A stretch of DNA of 63,659 nucleotides, filler included, from Neolecta irregularis DAH-3 (Eukaryota), in the NCBI GenBank assembly GCA_001929475.1. It is 11 parts of 11 records of this genome, joined end to end, with 100 filler letters (N's around TTAATTAATTAA, not from the genome) between each part and the next. Parts side by side here need not be neighbours in the genome. Positions count along the whole stretch, not along the records: positions 1 to 16,997 come from LXFE01000326.1; positions 17,098 to 36,446 come from LXFE01000328.1; 9 more parts are not named here. The stretch is one strand, 5' to 3'. The notes under the pieces are model-generated. The model did not search any database. It worked only from the letters and a program-made list of their open reading frames with translations, and had not been told where the DNA came from. This document shows, piece after piece, positions 12,425 to 27,725 of the stretch (positions are counted from its first letter, which is position 1; each line of letters begins with the position of its first letter). Position numbers and translations under genes: made by a program.

Positions 12425-14610
12425 ATGCCTCTGCCTCCTCCGATCGATACCGCCGGTATCTTGGCGCTGTTGGCCGAAGCACAGAATAAATCTCAGGATG
12501 GAGGAGTGACAGTGGATTTGAGTGGACGGATCAGTGGTCACAGAATAGCAGAATTGCCAAACGAAGTCATCGACACAATCAAGACTCAAGTGCAACGGTA
12601 GGACTACAGCCCATAGTTGGGACTGACGTAGATAGGCTTGCGTTGAGTCATAATCAACTGACAACCTTGCCTGCAAGTGTTTCTAAATTATCCCATCTTC
12701 GATATATCAATGTTCGTTCAAATAGATTCAAAGTCTTTCCTGACGTGGTATTACTTCACGCATTCTTCGGCTAATCATACAGCTCTGTTCATGTGTTTCA
12801 CTCGAGATTCTAGATATATCACGGAATAAACTCCAGTCATTACCCCGTGATTTTGGAAATTTGATCAATCTCAAGGTTTGGCATTGTCACGTTTGGAAAA
12901 CTCACGAAGCGAGGTTTTATCAATATCCAAAAACTATATCAAGGCGCTTCCTGTATATATCGCTCAGATGGATAAACTTAATACTCTCGCGATCGATCAT
13001 AACCCAATCATATTTCCACCTAAAGATATTATTTCACCTGAAGGTGGCGAAAATGAGATTGGCAAGGAAAGATGGCTGTTAAATATTAAACAGTTCCTTC
13101 GGTCTCACAAGGAGAAATTCAGCATGATATCAGATAGCGAATTAATCACCAGGTAAAGTATCTGCCATTACCTACGGGTAAGTTAACTCTCTCATAGTGA
13201 AGACGACGCAGACACGGATTACTTTCAGACGGTTGACGATTTAAGACGACTTCCCAGTATAGACGCATCATTAAGTTCACTTAACTCTACACCGCCACGG
13301 TTTTTCAGGCCGCCTTTCAAAAAGCACCTTGCTCCTCCTTTGGAACGTTCTCGTTCAAACCATGAGGTTATACGGAAACCTAGTTCACATCAACGTGGCT
13401 TCAGTCACGACAGCATAAAAGAAATTGCAACGGATAATAACTCCGAGTCATACTTTCGGCGATTTTCGAGATTGCCCGTTGCAAGAAAGAATAGTCTTGC
13501 TAGTATCAAATTAGTCGAAGCGGCTCGTGGGATATTGTTTAGTCTGAGCCAAATCCACCAAGCTATCTGGCAGTATACTTCCATTTCCTCCGCTCCAACC
13601 GGCACCCTTTCGCGTGTTCTTTACACTGCATCTATCCATCTCGGGCAGCTAGTCTCGGTTCTAGAAGCTCACGATACTGGGAATTTCGCCGTCAATACCC
13701 GCAAAGTTCGAGAAGCGACAGTAGTGTGTGTTGCGGCTTTTCGACAGGTTGTGGGCATATTCCAGGAAAACATTCGCGGATTAATGGCTGCTGCCGATGT
13801 CAGGTATACCAGAACTCTTATTCTTTTGCTTTATGGTGCTGCAGTAGAAGTTGGAAACAGCTGGGCGACTCTCCGAGAAAGTTTACCTCAACATCTACAT
13901 GTTTCTTCAGCTCCAAATACAAAACCCTCAGAGATGTCTACTCCAACACAGAATCCTCCTCAGCTGTCTACTCCGAAAATGAGCATTGATATTTCCTCGT
14001 CTGGAACATGGAATTTGACGCCCGGAAGTATCGGAGGGCCTTTTGGCACTGAAATAAACGGTCTCTCGGATGATGTTTTGTTTGAAAAACTCAGTACTGC
14101 AACATCTGCCGCATTAACGGCTTTAGCGTTACTAATCGAGGCTGCAAATGATCCACCTCCCACCCCAAACGTTGCTATTCGTTTGATAGATCTACGTGGG
14201 ATGTGCGTTATCGCTGAAGGAGCTACTAGACGTCTGCGTGCCCGGTTATCTGAAAAAGACAAGAGAAAGGTTATGGATGAGACAAGCGGCTTCGTGAAGG
14301 TATCTTTCCCATCCTCAGATCTGTGGTGACATGCTAGTCCGTCATTTCAATAGCCGAACTTGCAAAGAATCTGAGCGTCGAGTTCGCTTTCAGCAAAACT
14401 ACATTATCGAGTTTGTCAACAGTAACAAGAAGCACTAAAGATGTTGCAATATTACTCAGAGGCGGTTCTCAACCGCCTCTAGTCCCTCCTCCGACAATAG
14501 GAACACCTGGAGGAACACCGATTGTCAACATTATGAATGGGATTCTTGGAAATAGCATTTTGAGTACCCCTGGAGTAAGCTCCGGTCCCAATGGAAGTAT
14601 GTTTGGGTGA
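12425..14610 (+). CDS. SOG2: RAM/MOR network leucine-rich repeat protein Sog2
   Basis: N-terminal LRRs (RLALSHNQLTTLP, LEILDISRNKL, LAIDHNPIIFPP), then HQRGFSHDS, SYFRRFSRLP, EAARGILFSLSQIH, DVRYTRTLILLLYGA. Confidence 0.88.
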
Positions 14611-14775
14611 TGTCTTGCTTTTTGTTTTCTTTTTTGGAGTTCATCTCTCTTGTTTCTTTGGACTAGGAGTACGGATTATGTTAGAAAGGGAATCTAGAAA
14701 GCTGGGTATGTCTAAGTCTGCATCTCGTTATGCAACGGCATCTCGAAAACGAACATATTTTTGGTATGAAGTTAT

Positions 14776-15180
14776 CTAGTCATTCTCTAGAGTCTGACGT
14801 AAAAATTTTCTAATTTCCTCCATAATATCATTTCGAACCGAGTTTGGAACTGACTCTGTTCTGTTAGTAAATAGCCAAAGGGAATTACAACTATGCCCAT
14901 CTGCCTGTACTAAGTGTGCCAGTTGTTGGAAATCCATCGACTTTATGTCTTTGATGTTTTCTAGAGGTCAGCACCTAAGGATGAGAATAACCTGTACCAG
15001 TTATTATCTTTACAAGGTTTTCCGACCACATCGATTCATCCAAACGGCTCTGAAGCAAGCCATAGATTCTCCACATTAGCATTGAACTGTAAAGCGCGTG
15101 GTGTACCTTTCTTGAGCTCCAGACGTTACAAAGGCCTTGTTGAGCTTGGCCCGTAGAAATGGATCGTTCGGAGACATCAT
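14776..15180 (-). CDS. SUS1: SAGA/TREX-2 subunit Sus1/ENY2
   Basis: Manual splice gives MMSPNDPFLRAKLNKAFVTSGAQE|RIYGLLQSRLDESMWSENL...|...VPNSVRNDIMEEIRKFL. Three introns. Confidence 0.8.
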
Positions 15181-15479
15181 TGTTGGGTTTACAATCAACA
15201 ACAGGCACACAAAATCAATCGTAAGTGACAAATAATATATCCAATGGTGGTATCCAACCGCTGTTGGTCAATTCTGTGCAAGGAACGCGACTTGGGAAAA
15301 AGTGGCAAACAAGGTTCTGACTCTACAAGATAAAACATTCATATGAATTCCCGTACTGCATTCATGAGGAGTATAAAAGTCTTTTGAATATTGAAAACTT
15401 TGGTCAACTTTGGTCTAGTGTTTGTAGGCTGATCACCGCGTCATCTTTCAACCTTCATACTAAATCATTCCCAATCTTC

Positions 15480-16304
15480 ATGTCCATCTTCGAATACAAC
15501 GGCGGTGCTGTACTTGCTATGGTCGGCAAAGACTGTGTTGCAATTGCGTCGGATATGCGATTAGGTCAACAGGCTATGACCATCAGCAACGAATTCCCAA
15601 AGCTGTGGAAAGCGAATGATAAAGTGTGGATGGGATTAACCGGGTTAGCTACCGATGTTATTACGCTGTAATTTTCTTTGGAGGAAACTAGTATCTAATT
15701 AGAATTCAGGAAGGAGCTGATGCGGTTCAAACTGAATATGTATAGACTTGTAGAAGAAAGAGAGATTGAACCAACGACATACGCAAACCTAATTTCAAGT
15801 ACACTATACGAGAAAAGGTATCTTCCGTCTGTACTTTGATTGACGTTAGATTTGGACCTTACTTTGTGAACCCTCTCATTGCTGGCCTGGATCGAAATAA
15901 TAAACCCTTCATTTGCGGATTTGATTCAATTGGGTACGCACATTCACCTGTCTCGGATTATTCTTTGTTCATTGCTCGTTAACACAAGTCCTTTTCCCTT
16001 TATTATCTCGCTTATTTTCATTTGCTAATAGTCACAGGTGTATTGATTTTGCCAAGACTTTTGTGGTAGCTGGTACTGCAACAGAACAGTTATACGGAAT
16101 GTGTGAAGGATTATACGAGCCCGGCTTGGTATGACAGTCGCTGTCACCTGCTAAGTCAAGGAACCCGAAGATCTGTTTGAAACCATTTCACAGTGTTTAC
16201 TCAACGCCCAGGATAGAGATGCGCTGTCAGGATGGGGAGCAATGGTTGTAGTGATTAGCAAGAAAGGAGTAGAGAAAAGGTTATTGAAAGGAAGACAAGA
16301 CTAG
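15480..16304 (+). CDS. PUP3: 20S proteasome beta-3 subunit
   Basis: MSIFEYNGGAVLAMVGKDCVAIASDMRLG...GLATDV...YEKRFGPYFV...QDRDALSGWGA...LKGRQD*. Confidence 0.96.
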
Positions 16305-16729
16305 ACTGTTTTAAATATGCATATGGTATATTGGTCTTGAACTCTTGGTTATACTGCTCATTCGCAGATATTTTTCTAATACCTCTCGTAGTAGCCTCAT
16401 TGAATTCATAGTGATCGTACTGCCCGTCCATTTGATTTTCATGTTTTAGGGATACTCCGATTACGGAGCACGGTTCAATTGCGATGACATCTGTTATGCG
16501 GGGATCAACAACTAATCAACTATTTTACGATAAAGTTTTGTGGTCTCCTCTTCGTATATTTACCGGTGTATTCAATCTAAACATATTTCACGTCGCTAAC
16601 AGAGACTACAAATCGATTTTTCGATGGAGTTGAACGGTTCTCAGTAGGCGTGTGCTAAGTTTGGATCCCCTCGATATTCGTTATCGTCATTCATTTCGGT
16701 CTTTGCTTTGTGTTTCACTAATCCTTCCA

Positions 16730-16822
16730 CAGTGTTGTGGATGGACCATGGACTTTAATCCAATCCATTAAAAGTCCGTGGACTCAATCCAGTTCATTAA
16801 AAGTCCATGGACTGGACTACGG
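16730..16822 (+). mobile_element. hAT-like transposon end with subterminal repeats
   Basis: Starts CAGTGTTG, followed by repeated tggact/agtcca/aatcca motifs. Confidence 0.4.
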
Positions 16823-16997
16823 AAAAGGCCCAGCCGATTGATCTAATGGGCGGTATCACGTGATATTAGATTGTAATGATTTATCGCGTTTATCTAAGTG
16901 ACATGGAAAAGGCTCTGCTTGCTTCCTCTAGCTCCCCTACTCACTTCGTCTCACTATCCTGCCCATTACTGCCCCGCCCTCCTCGCCCATTATCGCC

Positions 16998-17097
16998 NNN
17001 NNNNNNNNNNNNNNNNNNNNNNNNNNNNNNNNNNNNNNNNNTTAATTAATTAANNNNNNNNNNNNNNNNNNNNNNNNNNNNNNNNNNNNNNNNNNNN
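16998..17097. other. Artificial scaffold spacer (also at 36447, 38209, 39447, 45533, 47514, 51195, 53144, 59069, 62306)
   Basis: N44-TTAATTAATTAA-N44, with stop codons in all frames. Adjacency across these spacers is not biological. Confidence 0.97.
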
Positions 17098-17377
17098 GAC
17101 CTCGCATTTTTAAGTTTTTATGAGCTACTATTTCTCCAACTGTTCCATAACTCGAGAAGAGAGTTTGCAGTGATTCTTTAAGTGCTACCGTCAGTTGGTG
17201 CATATTAATAATGGTACCCAAGATCTTCACGCGTTCATTGATATTCCGAACATAAACCGTATTTGATGGAGTAGTCGGAGGTGGAGCAGAGGGGTGTTTC
17301 TGCACTTTGGGCCAAGATCCAGAATGGGGCGCTGTGTATTGCGGCTGCTGAAAACTCTGCGACATCGGTGCGTTCAT
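17098..17377 (-). CDS. U1A/U2B''-family RRM spliceosomal protein, 5' part (truncated by gap)
   Basis: PSNTVYVRNINERVKIL|ALKESLQTLFSSYGTVGEIVAHKNLKMRG. 33-nt intron 17217-17185. Confidence 0.85.
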
Positions 17378-17567
17378 GGAGTTTGTGCGTGCAGCAGTGA
17401 CCACTATGATCTCTGGTCACGTGATGGAGTAGTACTGTAGAGTCTTTTCGTATCAACAAGAGAATTGTGATATCTGTAGTAAAGGGACTATCGTGATATC
17501 TGTATAGTCAGGGTGGAGCTTCTTATTCAATGACATAGAAGGTTGTATCGTTAAAATCATCAAATGG

Positions 17568-18254
17568 TTATAACTCGGGATAATCTTGAACAATACAAAT
17601 GATCGACACACTTTCCTCCAGCTCTCCACCAATATGGGTCTTGAAATAGCTTAAAAGCCATTTTCCCTCTCCTTCAGTCCCTTCCTGCAACTGGGAAAGT
17701 TTCTCCGAAACATTAGTTCTTATACACTTTGGAGACAACGCCCAATTGGCAAGGATCTGGTCGCCTTGCATCTGGGCCAAAGTTCCTATGACTGGTGGTG
17801 CTGGTGTTAAGCTACCCGCGTTCTTCAGATATGTTCCGTGACGCTGAATGAAAACAAGTTCCTTCTTATATTCTTTTTGGTAAGAGGACGATGCAAGTTT
17901 AGGCAAGCCAAAGTATTCAAGCTCGCGAGAAACTGCTTCGCGGTCGATGACTGAGTTACAGTTCAAGGTTTTATCATAAGATCGTAGAATTGTCATGAAC
18001 AAATCCGGGTCACGATCGATGAATATCTCCGCCGGCATTTGATTGGATGGTCCTCCAGACTTTGCGATTTCGTAATTTACAAGTTTGTATAATAGTGAGT
18101 CTGGACATTTTTTGAGGGTAGTAAATGTCGTCCTGATCTTCTGTCCACGGACATCAAATACAACAGTGTCATGAGGTGATATTGGATTCGTCTCAAGGGT
18201 CTTGGAAACCTTTGGAGTTTCAGTGGTTTGGCTTTGTTTCATCTCTGTACCCAT
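17568..18254 (-). CDS. KCTD/potassium-channel-tetramerisation-type BTB/POZ domain protein, intronless
   Basis: VVFDVRGQKIRTTFTTLKKCPDSLL...IFIDRDPDLFMTIL...ELEYFGL. Start codon uncertain (18254 or 18242). Confidence 0.8.
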   Translation of the reverse strand: MGTEMKQSQTTETPKVSKTLETNPISPHDTVVFDVRGQKIRTTFTTLKKCPDSLLYKLVNYEIAKSGGPSNQMPAEIFIDRDPDLFMTILRSYDKTLNCNSVIDREAVSRELEYFGLPKLASSSYQKEYKKELVFIQRHGTYLKNAGSLTPAPPVIGTLAQMQGDQILANWALSPKCIRTNVSEKLSQLQEGTEGEGKWLLSYFKTHIGGELEESVSIICIVQDYPEL

Positions 18255-18503
18255 TAGCCCGTGTATTCTGATAATGCACACCAATATCCATGATCTAATG
18301 CGCCAAGCGAGAAGAGAGAGGTTTTCAACTTGAGAAGATATCCACAAAGATTCCGGTCCCATGTATAGTGACACCATTTTCTGTGACTGTTTTAACAGGT
18401 GTCCAGAGAATTCGAACCAAAGAAAACCTTGTTCCTAAATTTCATGACAGCCTGTCAAAATCATCAAGAATAGCAAATGATTCAAAGAACAGGGCGTGTG
18501 ATA

Positions 18504-18627
18504 TGTAGCTAAATTTATGGCAGCGTAGCTTCTATATACATTTCTATCTAATGTCCCTTATTTCTTTCTCCGCCACTTGCTGTATTGGTGCAGGTATATC
18601 CAGGTAATACCCCGGATATACCCTTAC
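18504..18627 (+). mobile_element. Internally deleted solo LTR
   Basis: Starts TGTAGC...TATGGCA like the LTR start at 36374, and ends with the hairpin and CCTTAC like the copy at 1-155. Flanks tgata/tgatg resemble a 5-bp TSD. Confidence 0.55.
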
Positions 18628-19070
18628 TGATGTTCACGACCGTATCCAGATAAGCGTAACTTGATGCATTCATATAAAGGGTTGACAATGAACTGTAGAA
18701 TCAACCTGCTCTCATCAACATAACATTCTAACACGGGGCCAAGTCGATTAGTTCTACTAGTCATTCCCGACAGCTAATATACTACGATGAACTTTTGCTG
18801 TCGAACCGTTAATTAAATTTAGAGCACATCAACGGCAATAACTCCACGTGCTAAACACTTGTCTTTCTACAGTGGTTTCATCACTTGGTTCACCAGAAGC
18901 GCTGAAACCTCGTCAGCCCATGTCACTCGGCAATTCAAATTTCCAAATATATGACTATGACATCATGGCATAGCGAGCATTATTTTTCAGGAAAAGTGTC
19001 AGTAATAGGCCATAATACATTATGTACAACAAACCAAGATCAAGCCGAATTCGCCAATTCGTTAACTCAA

Positions 19071-21898
<2,828 letters not shown>

Positions 21899-22156
21899 GT
21901 TGGATTACGCTCAAGAGGGCGTTTGGGGTGTGCGTCGGCCGTTAATTTCTACCAAATTAGGGGGCAAGTGTAATTTTAGCTTTACAATAAATCCCCCCTT
22001 CTAAATGTTCCTCCTATTTTTAAACATCAGACAATTCGTTATCTATTTGACATATAATATCATGGGTATTACTCCACTCTGGATCAGGCAACCAAGAATT
22101 GAAACCCCCTTTCAAAATACCACTGGACACTTTGCTGTCCCTACTACTGTTGCCCT

Positions 22157-22374
22157 ATGTTAATTTCCACCAACAAGTACGATATTCCCTGTTTTAGAAA
22201 ATGGATATACTTTTTGGGTGTGGCTGGCCAACACAGCCTTAAAAAAAACTCGTAATTTGTGGCGTTAACGCGAAAGTATATCCTAATATTTTAATTTCCA
22301 CCAAAATAAAGCATATTCCCTTTTTATTTGAATATTATGGCTTTTCAAAATAGTGGCTGGCGAACGCACCCTAA
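22157..22374. mobile_element. Two Tourist/PIF-like MITE ends
   Basis: 22157-22238 is the reverse complement of 45441-45524 and partly of 39547-39590. Ends ...CCAACACAGCC+TTA and ...CGAACGCACCC+TAA. Confidence 0.65.
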
Positions 22375-22444
22375 ATCAAGGATTGGATGGATGATACTCT
22401 TTTCATGATAAAATATTGCATATCTACGGCAAATACATAACACC

Positions 22445-25154
22445 CTAACACACCGTGTATTTTTGTGCAACCCTCGGATACCTAAGTATTTCAGCAAAGT
22501 TTTGTAATAAAGAACCCACAGTCTCTTGTAAAGATTTAACCCGATCGTATCCACTTGCTGGATAGGAGAATCGAAAGTAGCCTTAAAATAGCCATGAGTT
22601 CCGAGAGACTCTTTTATATGCCCTGTTGAGGTAAGTGATTGGAACAGGGATATTCAATCATACCAGTCCTACCGTATTTCGTGAAAAGCGGTATTGGTTT
22701 GAAATATTCGACATCGTCCGGGTTGAAAAACATGAAGCGCACAGTAACAAGACGCTTATGAATCTTGAACGGATGGCCGGTAATAATTGATCTTTTCACG
22801 ATGACTCTAGAGTGGTCTGCATTCATGAAACTACCGGTACCCACTAATTGTAATCCTTTACCGTCAATTGGTGGTTTAGTTATGTCGTACCCGTTGGTGA
22901 TTCCTTGAATAAAAGAGCAGGAATGTTTCCAAAGATCAATGGTCCTACGATGGTCGCAACTGTAGTACGGCCAGGATGCATGTATCTTTCAAACTTTCGC
23001 ACGTTGTTTTTAGTTCCACTAGCTCCGTGCTGCGAAAATAGTGGCTGTACGGCCCATCTTCGACTCCCACATTGTAGAACCAGATTATCTTTAGATCGTA
23101 TAGTTTCCGTTGAATTGACGCTGGGGGTGATGACGAAATTTAGAACCGCGAGTTTATGTTCGTGCTCGAGAAGACTGTAGATTGCTAACGACCTTCTTTG
23201 CGAATACAGATCGATCGCTTCTTGGGGACCGTTCGAGATGTATACTTGAACACGCGTTCCAGGCTTGATTTTGAGTACACCGGAAGACCGTGGAACATAC
23301 CTTGATACCACCTACGGAGGCACGTTTAAGCATACGATTTTTGGTGGCTTTGTAGTTCTCTAGACGCGTTAAACGCTTCCAAAATTCTGGTGTGTTTAGA
23401 TCAATTTCTTCCGAGTCCCATGGGCTCGTTCGGAAACTTTTCATTCCTCTGTATTTACGAAATCGATCGCGGGCCTGCAGCAAGGATGAAAAATTTACTT
23501 CGTCAGGAAACTCTAAATCGTCTTGATATTCCTTCCGAGATCTCCTGAATGCTTCAAGTCTACTTTTCAGCCCAAAATATAGTAAAACTTACTGTTGCTC
23601 CTCTTCTCCAGGTGACAAGTCCACGAACATCTCGTTTTGATCTGTTACTGTCTCTGTCACAGTGTTCGAACGCCTCTCGGTTTCAGGATCGTCGTCGCGG
23701 ACGGATTCAGTTGCCATCTCATCACCATCATCTTCAACGTCTACATCTGAGTCAGTGTCCAAAATCCATGCAGCTTGATAGTCCGATGTTCCAACTGGCA
23801 GCTCTTTTTTGGCCTTTGCTTTATCCACAACACCGTCCTCTTCATCGAAGAAATGAAAATCATCCAGTCTAACAACTTTACGCGGAGCTTCCATCACATC
23901 TTCGTGTGCTACATCAAGATAATTTTCTCCCATGAACTCGCTCAGGTTGTCAATTTCAGCCGAGGGAATTGCAAGAATATCAGCGGCATCCATGGCTTTA
24001 GATCCAATGTCAATATCCATTGAATCATTATGTGCTTTCGCAGTTGGGACATCAGCGTAAGAAAGTATCTGGAACAATCAGGAATATTTCGAAAAGTTGG
24101 GAACCTTTTGAATTTGATATTCTCCAAATCCTTGCAGATGTACTAGGCGATCCGCATTCAGGCCTTGGCCGCGAACGACACCATCTAGAACCAGGTGACC
24201 ATCTTCTGACCATCGGACATCATCAACTAGCATGTATGAGCGAGCGTCCCTCCAGTTCACCCCACGAGGGTGCTGAGTGCATAAAGCTCGGATAACGTTG
24301 AGTGCTTCTTGGGGTACATCAATTGCATGAACTTTTTCTTCGTCGGGAAAGAAGTGTTGCATGAATGAGAGTAACGACTTTTTTATTTCAGATCTCTGCT
24401 TAATCGATTCATGACAAATAAGATTCTGATATGTTAACTGGCGCAAATGGATGGTTCTACTTGGACCACGCTCAGCGTGTTTGAGACGCCTTGACTGTGA
24501 ATTATACGGAGACAAGAATCTCCGAGATCGTCAACCTGTTGGGTCGCAGATAAAACAAAGATTACAAAATCTGCGACCTTGCACACATCTACGAGAGACA
24601 AAAGATCCCTCGGGGGTACAATAAATTGGAGCTTTTGCTTGAAGCGTTGAGCGCTAGAAATTTCAATGCAACATCTCAAAGTTTATTCTTACTCCACAAA
24701 GTGAATACCCTCGCCAATTTCTCCTAATTCAATACCACTTGAGGTCGCCAAATTCTTCACTACGGCTTCAGAGTCTATATCCTCACATAAAGGAACGACA
24801 GCCTTCCCTTAGTGATAAGCCCAAATATATAAAACATACGACAATTTTGGGCGCGCCTTTGTTTCCGTCGAACAATCTATTATTCCGCAAGATTTCCTCG
24901 CGTTTATTATTCTGGACTTGTTTCGCAAGATTTCGTCGATCCAGTTTCTTCATTGGAGCTCGCTTGAGCGAAGATCCTTTCGGTTCATCTTCCACTTTCC
25001 CTAACGTTTGTCAAAAACTGAAATTAAAGCACAATCCTGTACCTTTGAACCGGTTGCGCAATTCATTCTTCGAAGCGTGGCCGCGGTGTCCTTTAAATGA
25101 TTTATGAGAGCTCTTTCTGTTCGATCTGTGGTGGTGTGCCTGTGTCGAGGTCAT
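22445..25154 (-). CDS. TSR1: 40S pre-ribosome assembly factor Tsr1
   Basis: HHHRS...HASK, CKVADFV, WRDARSYML, ARDRFRKYRGMKSFRTSPWD, LLEHEHK, GHPFKIHKRLVTVRFMFFN, SLGTHGYFKATF, YKRLYPR. Confidence 0.96.
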
Positions 25155-25344
25155 GGACGCTATCTGGCTACAGCAGAGAAAATATATTATTGGCGTGATA
25201 AACCGATCAAAATTTTCTGGTATTCATAAACTCCAGAATATCCATAGGATCATTGTATCAATAGATTCTATGTATTCATAAATACTGGTGCTAGTTTCAT
25301 GGACTATCATCCAGATAATCTGAGAAACAAATATTCGCGCAGAT

Positions 25345-27055
25345 ATGATTTCCGCAGACTCATCGGTAACCCGTCTAGCCCGCTATCAGCGCGGAGAAAA
25401 AGTCAAAATTCGACGAATCAAGGACAAGAAACTTAAAAGCAACTTGAAGCTTCTAGAGGAACGCTATCGCGATGCTGCGTCAAGTGCTGTAAATGCAGAA
25501 ATATTATTACAGGAAGATCCAGGAGTGTTAGAGGCCGAGGGAATGGAAAAGACCTGGAAGCTTACTCAAGATCAAATTGTAAAGGAAGTTGATGTTACTA
25601 CTGCGAGAAAAGTATGTATTACCGGAAGATTTTGCGTTAATTTGTATCAGCGTTTCGATCTTAGCTTGTCGCAATTTGGGCCTTACGCTATAGACTATAC
25701 ACGAAATGGAAGGTAAATTTTGTGTCATATGGTCTGTCTTAAGGAATAGACATCTGCTTCTTGGAGGTCGAAAGGGACATATTGCATCATTCGATTGGCA
25801 ACAGGGAAAACTTCATTCAGAAATACAAGTGCAAGAAACAGTTCGTGATGTCAAATGGCTCCATGATGAATCATTTTACGCTGTTGCACAGAAAAAATAT
25901 GTCTACATATACGATAAAAACGGTCTGGAAGTACATTGTTTGAAGAAACATATTGAAGCCACGGCTATGGAATTCCTCCCATATCACTATTTATTAGCTA
26001 CCATTGGAAATGCCGGTTACCTAAAGTACCAAGATACTTCGACAGGTCAACTAGTTGCTGAACTGCGAACTAAACTTGGTGCAACATCAGTAATGGCGCA
26101 AAATACCCATAATGCGATTCTTCATGTCGGTCATGCCAATGGTACTGTCACGTTATGGTCGCCGAATATGCCGACACCACTGGTTAAACTACTCAGTCAT
26201 AAAGGCCCTCTGAGAGGCCTTGCAGTCGATCGCGAAGGGAGATACATGACGACTTGCGGGGCAGACAGCCAGTTAAAGATTTGGGATATTCGAGCTTTCA
26301 AGGAAGTTCATTCTTATTACACGCCTACACCTGCTCAGACGCTGAACATCAGTGAGACAGGTTTACTTGGCGTTGGCTGGGGTCCTCATGTCAGCGTAAG
26401 TTCGCGTTGCCTTTCTGTCGTTCTGAATATTAAGGTATGGAGGGATGCATTCAAAACGAAACAACAGGCACCATATATGCAACATCTTAATCCTGGATCA
26501 TCTATTGTGGACATCAAATTTTGCCCTTTTGAAGATATTCTTGGTTTTGGTCACGAAAAAGGCTTTTCGAGTCTCCTTATTCCCGGCTCTGGAGAAGCAA
26601 ATTTCGACGCGTTAGAGTTAAATCCTTATCAAAATAATCGCCAGCGACAAGAAACTGAAGTGAAGACTCTTCTCGAGAAGCTTAAACCAGAAATGATTGC
26701 CTTGGAGCCGGAATTTGTTGGCGATTTAGACAAAGCTGGTGCAGCCATTCGTAGACACGATCTACAAGGTGAAGTAAAACAGGTAAACTTATCTACGCCA
26801 CAGTAACTAATTGAATAGAAAAATGATAAGACAGTTGCGCGGCCGAACATTCGAGGAAAGAATTCTAGCCTGCGCAATTATCTTCGCAAAAAGAACAAAA
26901 GTATCATCGACGAGCGCCGTATGAGGATAGAAGCAGCATTAAAGACAGAGAAAAAACTTCGGCAACTCAATGTCCGACGGATACGGGGAGAGGATGCTGA
27001 AGACGAAGCCAAGTTAGGTCCTGCTTTGACGAGATTCACAACCAAGCAGCGATAG
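25345..27055 (+). CDS. UTP7: U3 snoRNP/SSU processome WD40 protein Utp7 (WDR46)
   Basis: [58 protein letters not shown] (BING4CT domain). Confidence 0.96.
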
Positions 27056-27725
27056 ACAATCCGTTTGCATGGGGCCAATTGCTTATCAATTTTGCTTTAA
27101 GAGAAAATCAGGACGGTATAAAGATCCCTTTTGGATGGAATTTACGCTATCAATGTAAATAGTAATTGAGTGTGACAAAATGAATAGAGACGGCACATTT
27201 TTCAGACTGGTTATTGAGTACGAATTAGCTCTAAAATATCCTAATCCAAGGGTTTGCCTGGACTTGAGTTAATTCTCAATGAGCCGCGGTCGTAGATTTA
27301 TGAGCCCAAACAAGCTGGTATCACGAACACGCAGTTTAAAACATCGGCAACCTGATAGGGGAATGATAAAGTATAAACAAGCAAGTTGGACTCGAAAAAA
27401 CACAGTGACTGAGGAGAGTAATAATGCTTTAGCCCACGCTTGCTTGTCCGACTGGGAATGGTTTATTCAATCAATGCAATTAAATATCATAGAAACATGG
27501 TTGGGAGTTAAATCCTAGTTGAAAACCCGAGATAGACGAACTTTCTTTAACTATCTCAGCTTAAATGGTCAAGATCAGAATGATAATCCCAAGTGAGTCT
27601 CAGGATCCGAGGAATAAATGGCTGAGCAAGAACGACTGCCGCTTTGGTGAATGTTCCTACATGGAGGGCAAAATCCCACCTAACCGATCCAACCCCACGC
27701 TTTCCCCACAACCTCCATTTTTATC

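Noticed and set aside
17042-17053. Palindromic TTAATTAATTAA repeated ten times between N runs
   Set aside because: Artificial all-frame-stop scaffold linker.
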